Shown one piece after another: positions 13,800 through 28,700 of a DNA stretch of 64,000 nucleotides (its first letter is position 1; the number at the start of each line of letters is the position of its first letter). Source of the stretch: Eledone cirrhosa. Taxonomy: Eukaryota. Location: positions 26,846,001 to 26,910,000 of the forward strand of contig OZ024745.1 of assembly GCA_964016885.1 (NCBI GenBank), read 5' to 3'. The position numbers and the translations under genes were made by a program. Below the pieces are notes generated by a model, which did not search any database, was not told the origin of the DNA, and saw nothing but the letters and a program-made list of their open reading frames with translations.

Positions 13800-14775
13800 C
13801 ATCACCTCCTTCACCACCACCACCCTGAGCACTACCACCACCATTCCCACCACCATCACCACTGCCACTCTCACCACCACCACCCTGAGCACTACCACCA
13901 CCATTCCCACCACCATCACCACTGCCACTCTCACCACCACCACCCTGAGTACTACCACCACCATTCCCACCACCATCACCACTGCCACTCTCACCACCAT
14001 CACCACCATCACCACCACCACTGCTATCACTCCCGCCACCATCACCACCATCACCACTGCTACCACTTCCACTACCACCACCATCTCCCTCACCACCACC
14101 ACTGCCACTCTCACCACGCCGATCCTCACCGTCACCACATTCACCACAACTACCCTCACCACCACCTTCACTACCCTCACCACCACAATACTTTCACCAT
14201 CACCTCCTTCACCACCACCACCCTCAGCACTACCACCACCATTCCCACCACCATCACCACTGCCACTCTCACCACCACCACCCTCAGCACTACCATCACC
14301 ACTCCCACCACATCACCACTGCCACTCTCATCACCACCACCCTCAGCACTACCACCACCATTCCCACCACCATCACCACTGCCACTCTCACCACCACCAC
14401 CCTCAGCACTACCATCACCACTCCCACCACCATCACCACTGCCACTCTCATCACCACCACCCTCAGCACTACCACCACCATTCCCACCACCATCACCACT
14501 GCCACTCTCACCACCACCACCCTCAGCACTACCACCACCATTCCCCACCACCATCACCACTGCCACTCTCACCACCACCACCCTCAGCACTACCATCACC
14601 ACTCCCACCACCATCACCACTGCCACTCTCACCACCACCACCCTCAGCACTACCACCACCATTCCCACCACCATCACCACTGCCACTCTCACCACCACCA
14701 CCCTCAGCACTACCACCACCATTCCCCACCACCATCACCACTGCCACTCTCACCACCACCACCCTCAGCACTACC
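13800..14775. repeat. 60-bp CCA-rich minisatellite (two blocks)
   Basis: Unit ccctcagcactaccaccaccattcccaccaccatcaccactgccactctcaccaccacca. Confidence 0.9.
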
Positions 14776-14799
14776 AATACTCTCACCAACATCTCATGG

Positions 14800-15915
14800 T
14801 TACCATCACCAATCTAACCACACCCAACCTCACCACCACCATTCTCACAACAGCCACCCCCTCCACCACCACTACCCTCACCACCACCACCACGACCCAC
14901 AACACCACCAACACACCATTACCTCCTTCACCACCACCACAACAACCACTACCCTCACCACCACCACCACTAGCCTCACCACCACCATCACTACCCACAA
15001 CACCACCAAAACACCATCACCTCCTTCACCACCACCACTACCCTCACAACCACTACCCTCACCACCACCACCACTCCCTCACCACCACCACCACTCCCTC
15101 ACCACCACCACCACTACCCTCACCACCACCACTCCCTCACCACCACCACCACTCCCTCACCACCACCACCACTCCCTCACCACCACAACCACTACCCTCA
15201 CCACCACCACTCCCTCACCACCACCACCACTCCCTCACCACCATCACCACTACCCTCACCACCACCTCCACTACCCTCACCACCACTAAAACACCAGCAC
15301 CTCCTTCACCACCACCACCACAACAACAACCACTACCCTCACCACCACCACCACTACCCTCACCACCACCACAACTACCCTCACCACCACCACCACTACC
15401 CTCACCACCACCAACACACCATCACCTCTTTCACCTTCACCACAACAACAACCACTACCCTCACCTCCACCACCACTAGCCTCACCACCACTACCCTCAC
15501 CACCACCAACACATCATCACCTCCTTCACCACCACCACAACAACAACCACTACCCTCACCACCACCACCACTACCCTCACCACCATCACCACTACCCTCA
15601 CCACCACCTCCACTACCCTCACCACCACCAACACACCATCACCTCCTTCACCACCACCACAACAACAACCACTACCCTCACCACCACCACCACTACCCTC
15701 ACCACCACCATCACTACCCTCACCACCACCACCACTACCCTCACCACCACCAACACACCATCACCTCCTTCACCACCACCACAACAACAACCACTACCCT
15801 CACCACCACCATCACTACCCACAACACCACCAACACACCATCACCTCCCTCACCACCACCACCCTCAACACCCCCACCCCAACCTCCCTCACCAACAACA
15901 ACAACAACAACACTA
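14800..15915. repeat. Degenerate (CCA)n with ctaccctca motifs
   Basis: Directly visible in the sequence. Confidence 0.85.
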
Positions 15916-15985
15916 CATGTTCACAAGACCCGTTTACAATAACCATATCTATATCTACTACATCCTACATCTGTGCGCTACCAAA

Positions 15986-16052
<67 letters not shown>

Positions 16053-16616
16053 CTCTGCTACTACTACTATCATCACTAGTACTACTACCACTACTATTAC
16101 AGCTATGACCACTATTACTAACAACACTAGACAACAATAACAAAAAAAAACAAAGACAACAACAACAAGCATAGTAAACAACATCTGTTGTATCTATAAC
16201 AAACATTGTGGAGGGGGGCCTTGTATTGTCGTGGTGGTGGTGGTGGTGGTGGTCCTAGGGGGTCTGGTGGTGGTTGTGGGGGGGGGGGGTGCTGGTGGTG
16301 CTGGGGGTGCTGGTGGTGCTGGTGGTGGTCTGGTGGTGGTGGTGGTGGTGGTGGTGGTCCTGGGGGGTCTGGTGGTGGTGGTGGTGGTGGTCCGGGGGAG
16401 GGGGGTGCTGATTGTGCTGGTGGTGGTCTGGTGGTGGTGGTGACGATGGTGATGACGACGGTCATTGAAATAAGGCTATTTACCTACGATGTTTAGAAGA
16501 AACACTAACTGTGGTAGTTTAGAGGAAGAACATCAACTATATTATTACCGTGTTGTGCCCTACGTGTCGGCGGCCCTTGTGGCCAATACATTAAATCAGT
16601 ATTATTGTTATTATTA

Positions 16617-16953
16617 GGGTGGTGGATTGGCAGTATCGGTAGAGAGTCGGACACCATTCTTTGCAGCATAGAGTTGCGGCCCTTTATGATCTGAGTTCAA
16701 ATGCCGCCGAGGGTAACTTTGCCTTTCATCCTTAAAGGGTCGATAAAATAAAGTACCAGTCACTCACTGGGGTCGATTTGGTGGACTTTCGCCTCACCCA
16801 AAATTGCTGGCCTATATAAGAAACCATTGATTGGCAGTATCGGTAGAGGGTCGGACGCCATGCTTTGCAGTATAGAGTTACGCCTCTTTATGGTCTGAGT
16901 TCAAATCCCGCCGAGGTTAACTTTGCCTTTCATCCTTACGGGGTCGATAAAGT
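16617..16953 (+). mobile_element. SINE-1, one full copy plus an adjacent 3'-truncated copy
   Basis: Two consecutive A/B-box heads and central domains. Confidence 0.85.
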
Positions 16954-17932
16954 AAATTGCATTTTTACGAAGAATTTTTAACCAAGGAATATGAATGATA
17001 TTTTTATTTTTAATCCTTAACCAAGTCGTACTACCAAGGAGCAGTACTACTTGAGGATAGGTTGTGTCTGCACAACGGTACAAACAACCTTACAAACAGC
17101 GGTACAAGCAGCGGTACATGCTAAAGTTGTGATATCGACAAACATTTCGTCCTCAAAACATTTTCTCGTGCTTGTTAATCACCTGCTGTTGTCAGATGTG
17201 TCGTTCTAAGGTATGGTATACTGGGAAGTTGCTCAAGATGAGGAGGGGCCACAGAGTTTAGAGGAGCCATGTGGGATTTGGTTGTCTATGTAAGGGTCTC
17301 AGTGCATTGCTTTTCCCTGGAACCTATAATGCTGTTAAAACGGCCTAGATAGTCGAACATGTCAGACATGACCAAGCAATTTTATGATCAAAGACTTTCC
17401 AACCGTAACCATCTTGTTTTTTTTCCGTCCAAGATCGCATTATCCAATATGCTCTTTTTTCTAAGGCAGTGTGGTATCGTTTGATAGAGATATACGTTGC
17501 TATTTCTAGCAGGTCGAAGAACAATGTAGAATCCTCTTTGTTGGCCCAAATAGAAAGCAGATACTGTAGCACCTGGAATATATCCAGGTGTCAACTGAGT
17601 ATTTTTCTATTGTCAAGGAAACTTGAACAAGCTGAGCAGTCCATTTTTCTTTTGGCATAATATATATACGCGAGGCAATAAAATAGTCGATTACGAACTG
17701 GTATTTATTTTATTGATTTTGGAAAGATAGAAAGACAATGTTAATCTTGGAAGGATTCGAAATCACACGAATAAATGAGACTAAATATTGCAAATCATTT
17801 TGTCCATTTCTCTACCGATTCTGCCAAATACCCATCCTTCATATGTTATTGATATTTGTTTGATGCCTCGCAGCATTTCTATGGTAATGTGAAGTATAAA
17901 TATGGTGTAAGAATACTTTTATGTTTGTAAAT

Positions 17933-18113
17933 AATTGTTTCTACTTTTGGCACAAGACCAGCAATTACCCCCCAGTGCTTTATTTTATCGACCCGGTAAG
18001 GATGAAAGGCAAAGTTAACCTCGGTGGGATTTGAACTCAGATCGTAAAGGGCCATAACTCTATGCTGTAAAGCATGGTGTATGACGCTCTACCGATACTG
18101 CCAGTCCACCGCC
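17933..18113 (-). mobile_element. SINE-1
   Basis: Reverse-complement match to 24681-24870. Confidence 0.85.
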
Positions 18114-19879
18114 TGCATATATTTGTAAATAATAGACTTTGTTAAGCTTCATACAGTTTCACAAAATTCTACTCCGGCAAAACTTTAGTTTTCTCGCTAG
18201 AAGTAGCCCAGTCAGTTTGCAAAACGGATTAAACTGGGTATTTAGGTGTTTAATCTAATCTTTTTATTGAAACCAAACATTACAGTAGGGATCCTGTAAT
18301 CTATAGTTGGGCTTAAACTCATGATATATTTATGAATAAAAGAGGTACGTCATTGTAAGACAAATCTTCCATATAGGTTCTGGAATAACAACTTTTTCAC
18401 ATCAGTACAAATTTGTTTTTCATACTTTCGAGGTGGATAAAAATAAACAGTACCTGTCTAAGGTGGTGGTAGAGTGTCGGGTGAAATTCATTGTGATGCT
18501 TTTCTGGTTCATCACATTCTGAGTTTAAATCCCATTGTAACCAAGTTGAGAGGAAGGCTTAATCCGCCTCGCAACAGACCTGGGTATTGAGTACCTTTAA
18601 CGGAAACTACTAGACATCTTGTTCGATCATGTATTTGTCTTACCTTCCCTCCAGTTTTGGAAACACTGAAAATAATCTTCCCTGTTTGGCTAAACAGTGA
18701 AAACAATGACACTTCAACAGCATTTCATAATTACTTTAGTATTCTGTTTACTACAAAGTTTTAGTTGAAATTCAATATACTTCAGTAGTGGTTTATTTAT
18801 ACCTTATGAGTTAACTGGTGCCGCCTCACATTTCATAATGTAATTTAGTGATACTCTATGAATTACTAGATGTGACTTAATTGGGATTTTGGTATACTGC
18901 TATCTTCTTCTTTCTTGGCCCCTTAACTCTTGGGAGTGTCGTAAGGGCGCCGTATTGACATACGGTGTTTCTAGGACATAAGGTGTAACCAAGGTTATCG
19001 GCGAAACAAAAAGTGTCACAATGCATTTTGGAAACTTATAATGTAGACTATATTAGAAGTCACTTCCATTCTCTCACTTTATACCTTTAGGTGTGTCACG
19101 AAATTAAATTAAATCTTATTCATTTTTTACGAATATGTTTTAAGATCTCACAGTTATGCGTAGAATTAGACACGTGACTGGTGACATGTGATATGATATT
19201 TAATTGTTTATTTATTACTTTCGTTAATTTTGTGTCACCAATGTGAACAGTTTGGAAAGTTTCTAAGTTAGATATTCTTTCAATGTTATTTCAGTGTTAT
19301 TTAAGACACATTCAAATAACATCTTATCAGTACTTCATTGATCCTGAAATTTAAATTGAGTGGGCAATTAAAATTAATTGCTTCAAACAAGGATTGAACT
19401 CGTTTCTTTTTGTTTTGTTTTAATGTTGTTGTTGTTGGTGGTGCTGGTGCTGGTGCTGGTGGCGGCGGTGGTGTGTTTTGTTTGTTTTTGTTTTGTTATT
19501 TTTTTTTTTTCTTCATTTTTTTTTTTATTTCTAAGAGAAAAAATGATTTACTCTGCTGGATTATATCTTGAATTTTACCTCATCACATTCCATTTCTCCA
19601 TTTCGAGCCTGATATCAAATCAGAGTCAACCGCGACAGTCATTTTCTCACGTAATCTCACTCATGTCATCAAAGATTGAGTTTCCCATTATCAGTAGTTG
19701 AAAATACGCTCTAATCCCTTCATCAAGGATTGAAACTCTATACGTACAATCAAAGTTTAAAAATTACCATATACCCTGTAATTTTTATTTACATTCACAA
19801 CAGTAAATCCTACCATGTACATTATTACATTATAGTAATAGAAATGTCCTCACTCAAATACATCCAGGAAATCTAAATA

Positions 19880-19919
<40 letters not shown>

Positions 19920-20004
19920 TCTCGTTCTCTCATTTTCCTTCTCCTTCTTGCCCTATCATCTTCTCTCTGCTTCTCGCTCTATCATATTCCCCCTCCTTCC
20001 TTCA

Positions 20005-20094
<90 letters not shown>

Positions 20095-20652
20095 AATCCA
20101 CTTCCATATATTTATATCTATTCCTTGCTCCTTTCTTTCTCTCTATATCTACATCTTTGTCTCTTTCCATATGCCCCTTCCTCCTCTCATATCATTGATC
20201 GACAGTTTCTATTTCAGCAATGTCAGATTTTCAAAATCTGATTTAGATATTGCTTTTAGTTTTTCTTTAGTTTTTCTTCGCATTTTTTTCCTCCGGAAGA
20301 CTCTTAATGTTTCCTGCCGAACTAGTTCAGAACTCTGTGACTGTCTTTGCGTAATTCTAACATTCCGACATCTATCTTGCCCACCAACACTTATACAGTA
20401 GAAAAACTGTGCTAGATAAACACTCCTATGATGATATCAACCGAGCAAATGATATTTGACGGCGGGAAATTGGATACTCTGTTGAATTTATGGTTTTTCT
20501 CAACCCCAGCCCACCCTCTTATTCTTCGAATAACCACGAAGTACTAAAATAACATTTCCCTCCACCTCCTCTTCATCATCATCATCATCAGCAACAGCAG
20601 CAGCAGTAACGACAACAACAGTTACAATAAACCTAACAACAATTATAATAAT

Positions 20653-20833
20653 AATTGTTTCTACTTTTGGCACAAGGCCAGCAATTATCCTAGTGCATTA
20701 CTGGTACTTTATTTTATCGACCCCGTAAGGATGAAAGGCAAAGTTAACCTCGGCGGGATTTGAACTCAGACCATAAAGGACCGTAACTCTTTACTGCAAA
20801 GCATGGCGTCCGACCCTCTACCGATACTGCCAA
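20653..20833 (-). mobile_element. SINE-1
   Basis: Reverse-complement match. A 3' fragment follows on + at 20942-21022. Confidence 0.85.
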
Positions 20834-21498
20834 TAATAATAATGGTCAATCTCAACATCGGCATAGTGACTCAGATATGGTGGAATGATAGAAGGAAATG
20901 GCGCTGGTGACAATCGTGGTCTTCCTATTTACATAAATTAATCCTTAGGGGGTCGATAAAATAAAGTACCAGTAATGCACTGGGATAATTGCTGGCCTTG
21001 TGCCAAAAGTAGAAACAATTAATTAATCCAACTGAATATTGAGACCAAATTGTAGAATCTGTTGGTTGATATTATCTGAAGTGTTACTATAATAATAAAA
21101 GGTACTCAATAGATTCAACTCATTTTGTTGCTTTGTCGTAAACTTTTAACTTTTAACATAAATTACTGTAGTTAATAGTCTAAAAACAAAAGCGGACTCT
21201 GGCGACAGAATAACGTACTCTATACTCACCAGATAAAGAGGAAGCTTTTCAGACCTGTCAACTCTCCCTCCCACTCTGGGTTGGGTGATAGATGTCTTCT
21301 CTTGTGAAAACGGGTATAGCTTTCATTATCTAAAATCTCCCCATTTTACCTCATTTCTCGCCGTTTTGGGGGCACTTTTTTTCTTGGCACTCCCCGTTTG
21401 GGTGTTCAGAGGTTGGCAGGTATGGCTTTCAGCAAGACACCAACATTACGTTAGGACTACGTACAGGACCTATACCATTTTTTTTATTATTAGTGCCG

Positions 21499-21655
21499 AG
21501 CAGTGGATTGGCAGTATCGGTAGAGTTACGGCCCTTTATGATCTGAGTTCAAATCTGCGGTTAACTTTGCTTTCATCCTTACGAGGTCGATAAAATAAAG
21601 TACCAATAATACACTGGGATAATTGCTGGCCTTGTGCCAAAAGTAGAAACAATTA
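21499..21655 (+). mobile_element. SINE-1 with internal deletions
   Basis: Head, central domain and tail gtgccaaaagtagaaacaatta are present. Confidence 0.8.
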
Positions 21656-22636
21656 TTAGTGTCGAGCGTATGAAAGCAGTTTGATCCTGGAGTTTGTAAC
21701 CTACTTATTCCTGTTTTATTCATAATCTTGATGAAAATCATGAATCTAAGTTTCAATAAATGACAAAGCTAAATATGCCAGGTCACTATCATTAGTTTTC
21801 ATATTGTATGCATCTAAATTTCATAATCATGTATTATGGCTATAAACTTTCTCCACTATGTAACAAATCTGCTTATAGACCCAACTACAGTCATTTAAAA
21901 ATCAATTTTCTTTCTTCAGAAGTATGATTCCTGTTGAGGGTTGCTAAAATACCTTTGGTGTTTCTGAAGCCTATACATTCATCTTGATAAATACTTTTGA
22001 AGATTATACATTTTAAACACGTCACAAGGTTGATTAATTTTCTCTGCGTAATGTTGGCCATATGAAGTTATTGAAAAAAAATGTAAACGCTTGTGAAGTT
22101 GAAGGATTGTAAACTTCCCAGGTTTCGTCATTTTATAGTGGAATAAATCTTGAATTTTAGGAAAGAGGAGTTCAGCAACATTAGATACAGTATATATAGC
22201 AGAATATATTTTGGGAAATAATGATAATTAATGCATAATTATAATTTAGCTAATCTCGCCTAATTTGTTTCCAAAATATTCTTCATGCACATTCTTTTAT
22301 GAATTTCTACAGTAATCCGTTTTCAAATGTATAAATTACTATTTGGTCGGTAGCTTACTACGATTGTTTGAAAATGAAAGATGGAACAACATACATTCAT
22401 TCCAATAATATACTTCCACTCGTTGAAGTTTTCATAAGATGTGATCTATATATGTAGCAGGCTAAACTTAAAATTGGAATTATTTTCATCACACGTTCCG
22501 ATTTCAAGTTGATAACAAATAATCAATATCAATCAGGATAATGTCATTTCTATAGGAATATAATGCAATTTCTACAACCATGAATTTCGAGATAAACAAT
22601 AAATAATTCCCTTTAAACGATGCCATCAACATAAAC

Positions 22637-22885
22637 TCAATCTACACTTCTTGTGACACTAAACTCCGCCAGTTGCAGATTGCGCATCAACATGAGATAT
22701 TCTTCTCCACAAAGTGTGATCACAAGAGCAAAGTTTAAAGAGCAAAGATCAAGTCCAGTCCATAAGTTGACATTATCAAGCCATCGTTTTGGCTGGCAGC
22801 CTCTGCTTCTCTTACCAGCCAACCTTCCTTCCAGGCATAACCAACTCACACTACGAGTTAATCTTTTTATATGGCCGTATAGTTT
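22637..22885 (-). mobile_element. RTE-like LINE 3' fragment
   Basis: Translation ...KLYGHIKR...LEGRLAGKRSRGCQPKRWLDNV..WTG resembles the RTE ORF C-terminal GH..R...G.R.RGRP..RW.D motif. Confidence 0.7.
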
Positions 22886-22889
22886 CGTA

Positions 22890-23345
22890 TAGATCCGTCT
22901 CTTCGTTGCTGTAGTGGAGTCTGTGCTGCTGTACGGGTCTGAGACTTGAACACTGACCAAGAAACTCACTCAGATGGTGGATGGGTGCTACACGAGAATG
23001 CTGAGGATGGCTCTGAACACTAATCAGTATACACTGAGGATGAAAAACTTAGAGCTGTATGGGAGCCTCCTAAAAGTCAGCTCAAAAGTGACACAGAGGA
23101 GACTGAGGTTAGCTGGACATGCTCACCGACATCCAGAGTTGACACTGCACTCAGTGTTCCTGTGGGAGACCCTGCATGGACACACTGGAAGAGGAAGACC
23201 GAGGTTAACATATGTTGATGCCCTGAGGATAGACACTGGTCTCTTGGAGACGCAGAACATGGCAGCGATAATGAGGGACAGAGACCGCTGGAGAGAACTC
23301 GTCCATGGATCTCGGGAATTTTACTCGCCCTAGATAGCTTGAGTA
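22890..23345 (+). mobile_element. RTE-like LINE 3' fragment (second family; in-frame stop)
   Basis: IRLFVAVVESVLLYGSET*TLTK...DGCYTRMLRMALN...RRLRLAGH..RHPE...LWE..HG..GRGRP..TYVD.L..DTG...DR..W. A TGA replaces the conserved Trp. Confidence 0.85.
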
Positions 23346-23624
23346 CTCTTCACTTGACAATTGATGTAATTGGTCTAAGTTTGGTAACGTTGAGCAGCTC
23401 CTTTTACAAAATTGTAAATGAAAAATATGTATCATTACGAAAGTTATGAAGAAACGAAGTCGGGTGGGTGGATCAATAATGAATATTTTAAACAATGAAA
23501 ATAACAAAATACACTGTACAAAACGCATTTAAATATTTATATTATTTATGCGTTATTGTAATGTCTTATGAAGAAAATTTGGTGCCAAATAAACTCCAGC
23601 ATTTGTAAAACATTGTCCATGTCT

Positions 23625-23870
23625 AAAGTCTACCTCGAGGCCGGATGCCCATCATCTGGTGCTTATCCTGGTTTCTTGGGCGTTAAGTGACTGAGAGTAC
23701 AACACTCCTCTATGGACTGGACGCCAGTCCATCGTAGAGTTAAACTCCCGGCTATTGCAGGTGCTCATTTACAGTGGTGTATACTGGAGCATCGTGAAAT
23801 GAAGTATTTTGATCAAGGACACAACACACAACCCAGTCCAGGAATCAAACCCACGACATTCTAATCGTGC
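23625..23870 (-). mobile_element. tRNA-derived SINE (third family), diverged
   Basis: Reverse strand carries the B box gggtttgattcc, CORE-like gtgtccttgatcaaaatac and gatggactggcgtcc motifs. Confidence 0.6.
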
Positions 23871-23878
23871 CTATGTTA

Positions 23879-23968
<90 letters not shown>

Positions 23969-24680
23969 TGGTAAACATTTATGAAACCAGAACATACATA
24001 CATTCGTACGCACATATAGACACACAGACATACATATACAAACAGCCCCTTTTTAAAAACAAAACGTATAAAAGTAAGAGCGGTGTTTTATCAGTTGAGA
24101 GACTACATAGAAATGGGTAAGAAAGCGCCAAAACTTCGTAATTTATAACAGCTTTCTTCAGAGAAAAACTGATTTATGGATGACCCTAAAATATAATACA
24201 ACACCCTATAGCCCTGCTTAATTTACGACAGGTCTTTCTTGTATGATAGAAATCCCCTTGTTGCAGTTCCTCGTTATTGTTCCCATTCTTATTCTTGTTG
24301 TGGTTATTGTTGTTCTAAATTTATTTGCGTCAAACTCGGCGTGATGTAATTCTATTCACCGCACCTTTAGTTCACAGCCTTATGTATGATACCTTTTTAG
24401 TTTATATCTACTCTAAATGTCTCCTTTTCCTCATTATTTTTCTTATTTACGGCAGCCTCAGCGTGATATAATTACTGAAAATTACCCCGTGATCAGTTTA
24501 AAAGGGAGACGCCACGGTATGACATAAGTCCTACAACTCAAGATTAGTTTTGATTTACGGAGGAACCCCTTACTTTGACAATGATCACAGACAATCATTT
24601 CTATATTCATTATATATCTCACCATTCTCACCACTAGCACAACCATTGCTACTACCCCATCACTATTACTAGGAAGTGTG

Positions 24681-24870
24681 GGGCGGTGAATTGGCAGTAT
24701 CGGTAGAGGGTCGGACGCCATGCTTTCCAGCATAGCTACGTCCCTTTACTGTCTGAGTTCAAATCCCGTCGAGGTTAACTTTGCCTTTCATCCTTACGGG
24801 GTCGATAAAATAAAGTACCAGTAATGTACTGAGTAATTGCTGGCCTTGTGCCAAAAAGTAGAAACAACTA
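24681..24870 (+). mobile_element. tRNA-derived SINE with Nin/Deu-like central domain (SINE-1), full length
   Basis: A box TGGCAGTATCGG, B box GAGTTCAAATCCC and central GCCTTTCATCCTTACGGGGTCGATAAAATAAAGTACCAG. Imperfect TSD ctattact.ggaagt. Confidence 0.85.
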
Positions 24871-25245
24871 TTACTTGGAAGTAGTTGTTATAGTAGTAGT
24901 AGTAGCAGTGTGGCTACTACTACTACTATTACTACTTCTGATTTGGATTTAATAAGAAAGGGCATGATATCTTGGAGATACCAAAACATTTGAACTGTCA
25001 ATTAGTCGCTGGAACCCTAGTAGTAGTAGTAGTAGTAGTAGTAATAGTAGTAGTAGTAGTAGTAGTAGTAGTAGCAGCAGCATTATTAGTAACATGATTC
25101 TAGGGAGGAATTGTCAGTTGAAATTTATGCTGCTATAAACAGCGCTGTCAGTTATGTATATATATATATATATATATGTGAGTATGTATGTATGTATATA
25201 TATATATGTGAGTATGTATGTGTATGTGTCAGTGAGTGTGCGTGC

Positions 25246-25279
<34 letters not shown>

Positions 25280-25388
25280 GCACACACACTCACTGACACG
25301 CACACACATACATACTCACATATATCTATACATACATACATTACATACATACATACATACATACATATATGTGCGTATGTATGCATGT

Positions 25389-25446
<58 letters not shown>

Positions 25447-25544
25447 TCATTTACTGTATCATCAATGGTTTTTAAACCCAAATATTTCTGTTCTTCCATT
25501 TGGTCCTTTTTTTCTCTTTTTGTTCTGATTCTTACTATTAATGC

Positions 25545-26090
25545 GATTGGATAGTTGGCAGAGTCGTTAGAGCGTCGAACAAATACTTAGCAATATTTGT
25601 TTTGTTTTTGTTTGTTTTTTTACACTTTGAGCTCAAATACCATCGAGGTCAACTTTGCCCCTCATCCTACCGGGGTTGTAAAAATAAATTACCAGTTAAC
25701 TACTGGTGTTGATATAATCGACTTACCATTGCCTGAAATTCCGGTCGTGCACCAGTGCTTGAAAGACTTATTGCGGTTAGTTTATTGAGAGAGAATTCTT
25801 AGAGAGTCGGACAAAATATTTTGTAGCATTTAGCTACAACGCTTTACGTTCTGATTTCAAATTCCACCAAGCTCAAATTTGCTTTTCATCCTACTGGAGT
25901 TAATAAAATAAAGTACAAGATAAATACTCGGGCTGATATAACCGATATCTCTTCTCCATAGAATTTCTTGTTTTGTGCCAAAATTTGCCGAGGTTAACTT
26001 TGCCTTTCATCCTTACGGGGTCGATAAAATAAAGTACCAGTAATGTACTGGGTAATTGCTGGCCTTGTGCCAAAAAAGTAGAAACGATTA
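25545..26090 (+). mobile_element. Tandem cluster of two old SINE-1-related copies and one young 5'-truncated copy
   Basis: Three successive central domains at about 25655, 25880 and 26000. Confidence 0.75.
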
Positions 26091-28524
26091 TTACATTGAA
26101 GATTTTGAATTACATATTTTATAGTAATTCTTCGATTTTTCTCCCATAAGATTTGATGTAATTTCAAAAAGTTCAATCACTAACTTAAACAACATGTGTG
26201 TTCTTCCTCTATATAAAACACTAATACATAATTTAACTGCCTTCTATAGTCAGTTTGTTCTCACGCACTTAACGTTATCTAGCGCTTCAGTACTTTAATA
26301 CTAATGTTCTGCAAAATTCAATATATAATTTAATGGAAACGAAAATCTGTTAAATCAGTTTTTCATCACGATCTTGAAAATGTTTGTCATCAGCAACCTC
26401 AAAATCGTTTGTCATGTCCATTATCAAAATAGTCAATTTATTATCATTGGAATTGTTGTCATCACAATATATGTGCAAACCTTATTTATTTTACCACTAT
26501 CAGTCACGATTACATTCACTAACACACTATCACTTTAATAGTATCCATCATTTGACATCAATTTTGTTTTCACAGTCTCTATCGCCGCCATCATCACTAC
26601 CATTTCTTATCACCGCCATTTCTTACATCATCTGTATCATCAGCCTTTTCTTCGATACTGCTGTCTTCATTATCGTTGAGTTTATTCAACTATTCTTTCA
26701 TTAATACTGCAGCAGACGTTCTTGCTCTTTTCTACAAGATGAAATATGCTTTCGGATCCCATTTAGGTTGGACGCCTTTCAAAAATAAGTATTTAAGGTC
26801 AAAATGATTTTTAAATACTTAATGCAATCTTTTCAATCAGGAAAATAGTATAAAATGAAATATCAAAATTGGACGTTTTCTACTTTCTAGAAAAAATATA
26901 TTATTTATCATAATATATTAACAAAATATACAGCATTTATTGGTTGAATTATGAAGGTATACTTTAACATGTCTAATCTCAAGATGTCTTAATATGGTCA
27001 CTAATAAACCTCCGTTACATGCTATCGATAAAACTGCAAACTATTAGGAACTACCAAAAATTACTAAGTGCTGAATAACAGATTTACGCTGATTTAGAAA
27101 TACTTAAGAAATCAACCAGAACTTGAATTTCATTTTAACCTCTGAATTTTGTACTGAACTCATTCATACCTTTTTCTTGTACTTCCAAAGAGCGCAGAAT
27201 CTTATTTATATTGTTTTTATGTGTTTTAATGTTGCTGGTGATGTATTTTCCTCTTAAATTTGATTTAATACGGTTTATCGTAAATATATATCAACCAATC
27301 TCTTCGTATGCCGCCATTAACGTCTTCAACATCTTGACTGAGTAACAGACGCTGTGCAGAACTCTCGAGATAACGATCTAACTATAAATTAATATCTGGG
27401 CGTTGATCTAACATTTTGCTGTCGTTGAACAGTATAGATTGGGTGGAGGAAATATAGTATATATAAAAAGAAGAGAAAATGTAAAACGTCTTCTGTCTTT
27501 GAAATGTTTTCTCGCCATCAAACTTCTGTAGTATGTCCTACGTTTCTCTCTGTCACCCCATCCCTCACAATCTCATTCAATTTGTGTTTATTTATCTGTT
27601 GGTGCTGTTGTTTTTTCTGTTCGTCCGTCTGTTAGAGTATCTGTTTATCTATTTGACTGTTTGTATAGCTGATTCTTTGGATTTTCCGTTGCCAGTCTAT
27701 CGGGCTCACTGGCTCTCTATATGTGTGCCTGTTTGTCCATCGTCTTCCATGCTTCTTTGTCCACCAACTTATCTGAGAGTGTCTTTGTCTATTAAACCCT
27801 AAGTTCCACACTTTTCATGGCTTCGCTATGTATGACTAATTTTTACCAGTTTCCTTGAATCTTCTTCATCACCTCTGTCAATGTATCTTTGTTTCTCTCT
27901 TATTCCTTATTCCCCTCTCTCTCACCCTCTCCATCTCCCTCTCTCCCACTCTAGCTATCTCTCTCTCACCCTCTCTCTCTCTCCCTCTCCCTCTCCCTCA
28001 CTCTCTCTCCCCTTCCACCTCTCTCTCTCTCTTTCTCCCTCACCGCCTCCTTCCATATACCAACTGTTCTATGTATATGAATCTTTTATTGTATGCTGTT
28101 TTATTGAATTCTTATTTCACTCCCAATATGGTTACCAAGTAAGGCGTTTATGTTTGATTAACTTTATATTCATTTACGGTTTAACATTAGATGTGCCTTC
28201 ATCGAATAGACTCTGTACCTATTTATTTTCTAACATGAGGGAGTTGTTATGTCTATCAGATCGAACTGCCACATGAAAGTCAACATTTTGGTACCATTTA
28301 TAACTTATATACAATATCGATGTTTATTTGGCATATGTGTTTCTAAACAAACTGTTTCATTAATTCGATAATAAATATATAAATACATAAATAGATAAAT
28401 AAATAAACAATTTGTGTTCGATGTACTCGTATCTGTTTAACATAACCATTTTTACTAGCTGGAGAATAAAATTTATTAGTAATAAATATACCTTGTAGTA
28501 ATTAGTTTGACTTTTAAAACATAA

Positions 28525-28700
28525 TTGTTTCTACTTTTGGCACAAGGCCAGCAATTACCCAGGCATTCCTGGTACTTTATTTTATCGACCCGGTAAGGAT
28601 GAAAGGCAAAGTTAACCTCGGCGGGATTTGAACTCAGAATGGCAAGGGCCGTAACTCTATGCGTCATGGCATGGCGTCCGACCCTCTACCATTACTGCCA
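28525..28700 (-). mobile_element. SINE-1 with TSD
   Basis: Flanked by aaaacataat direct repeats; absent from the mirror arm at about 29415-29430. Confidence 0.85.

Noticed and set aside
17345-17660. Short non-repetitive-looking ORFs
   Set aside because: They overlap a reverse copy of the dispersed repeat seen at 11608-11790 and contain no recognisable domain.
24681-24770. tRNA-like A/B boxes
   Set aside because: These are SINE heads with no complete cloverleaf, and each is followed by the SINE body.
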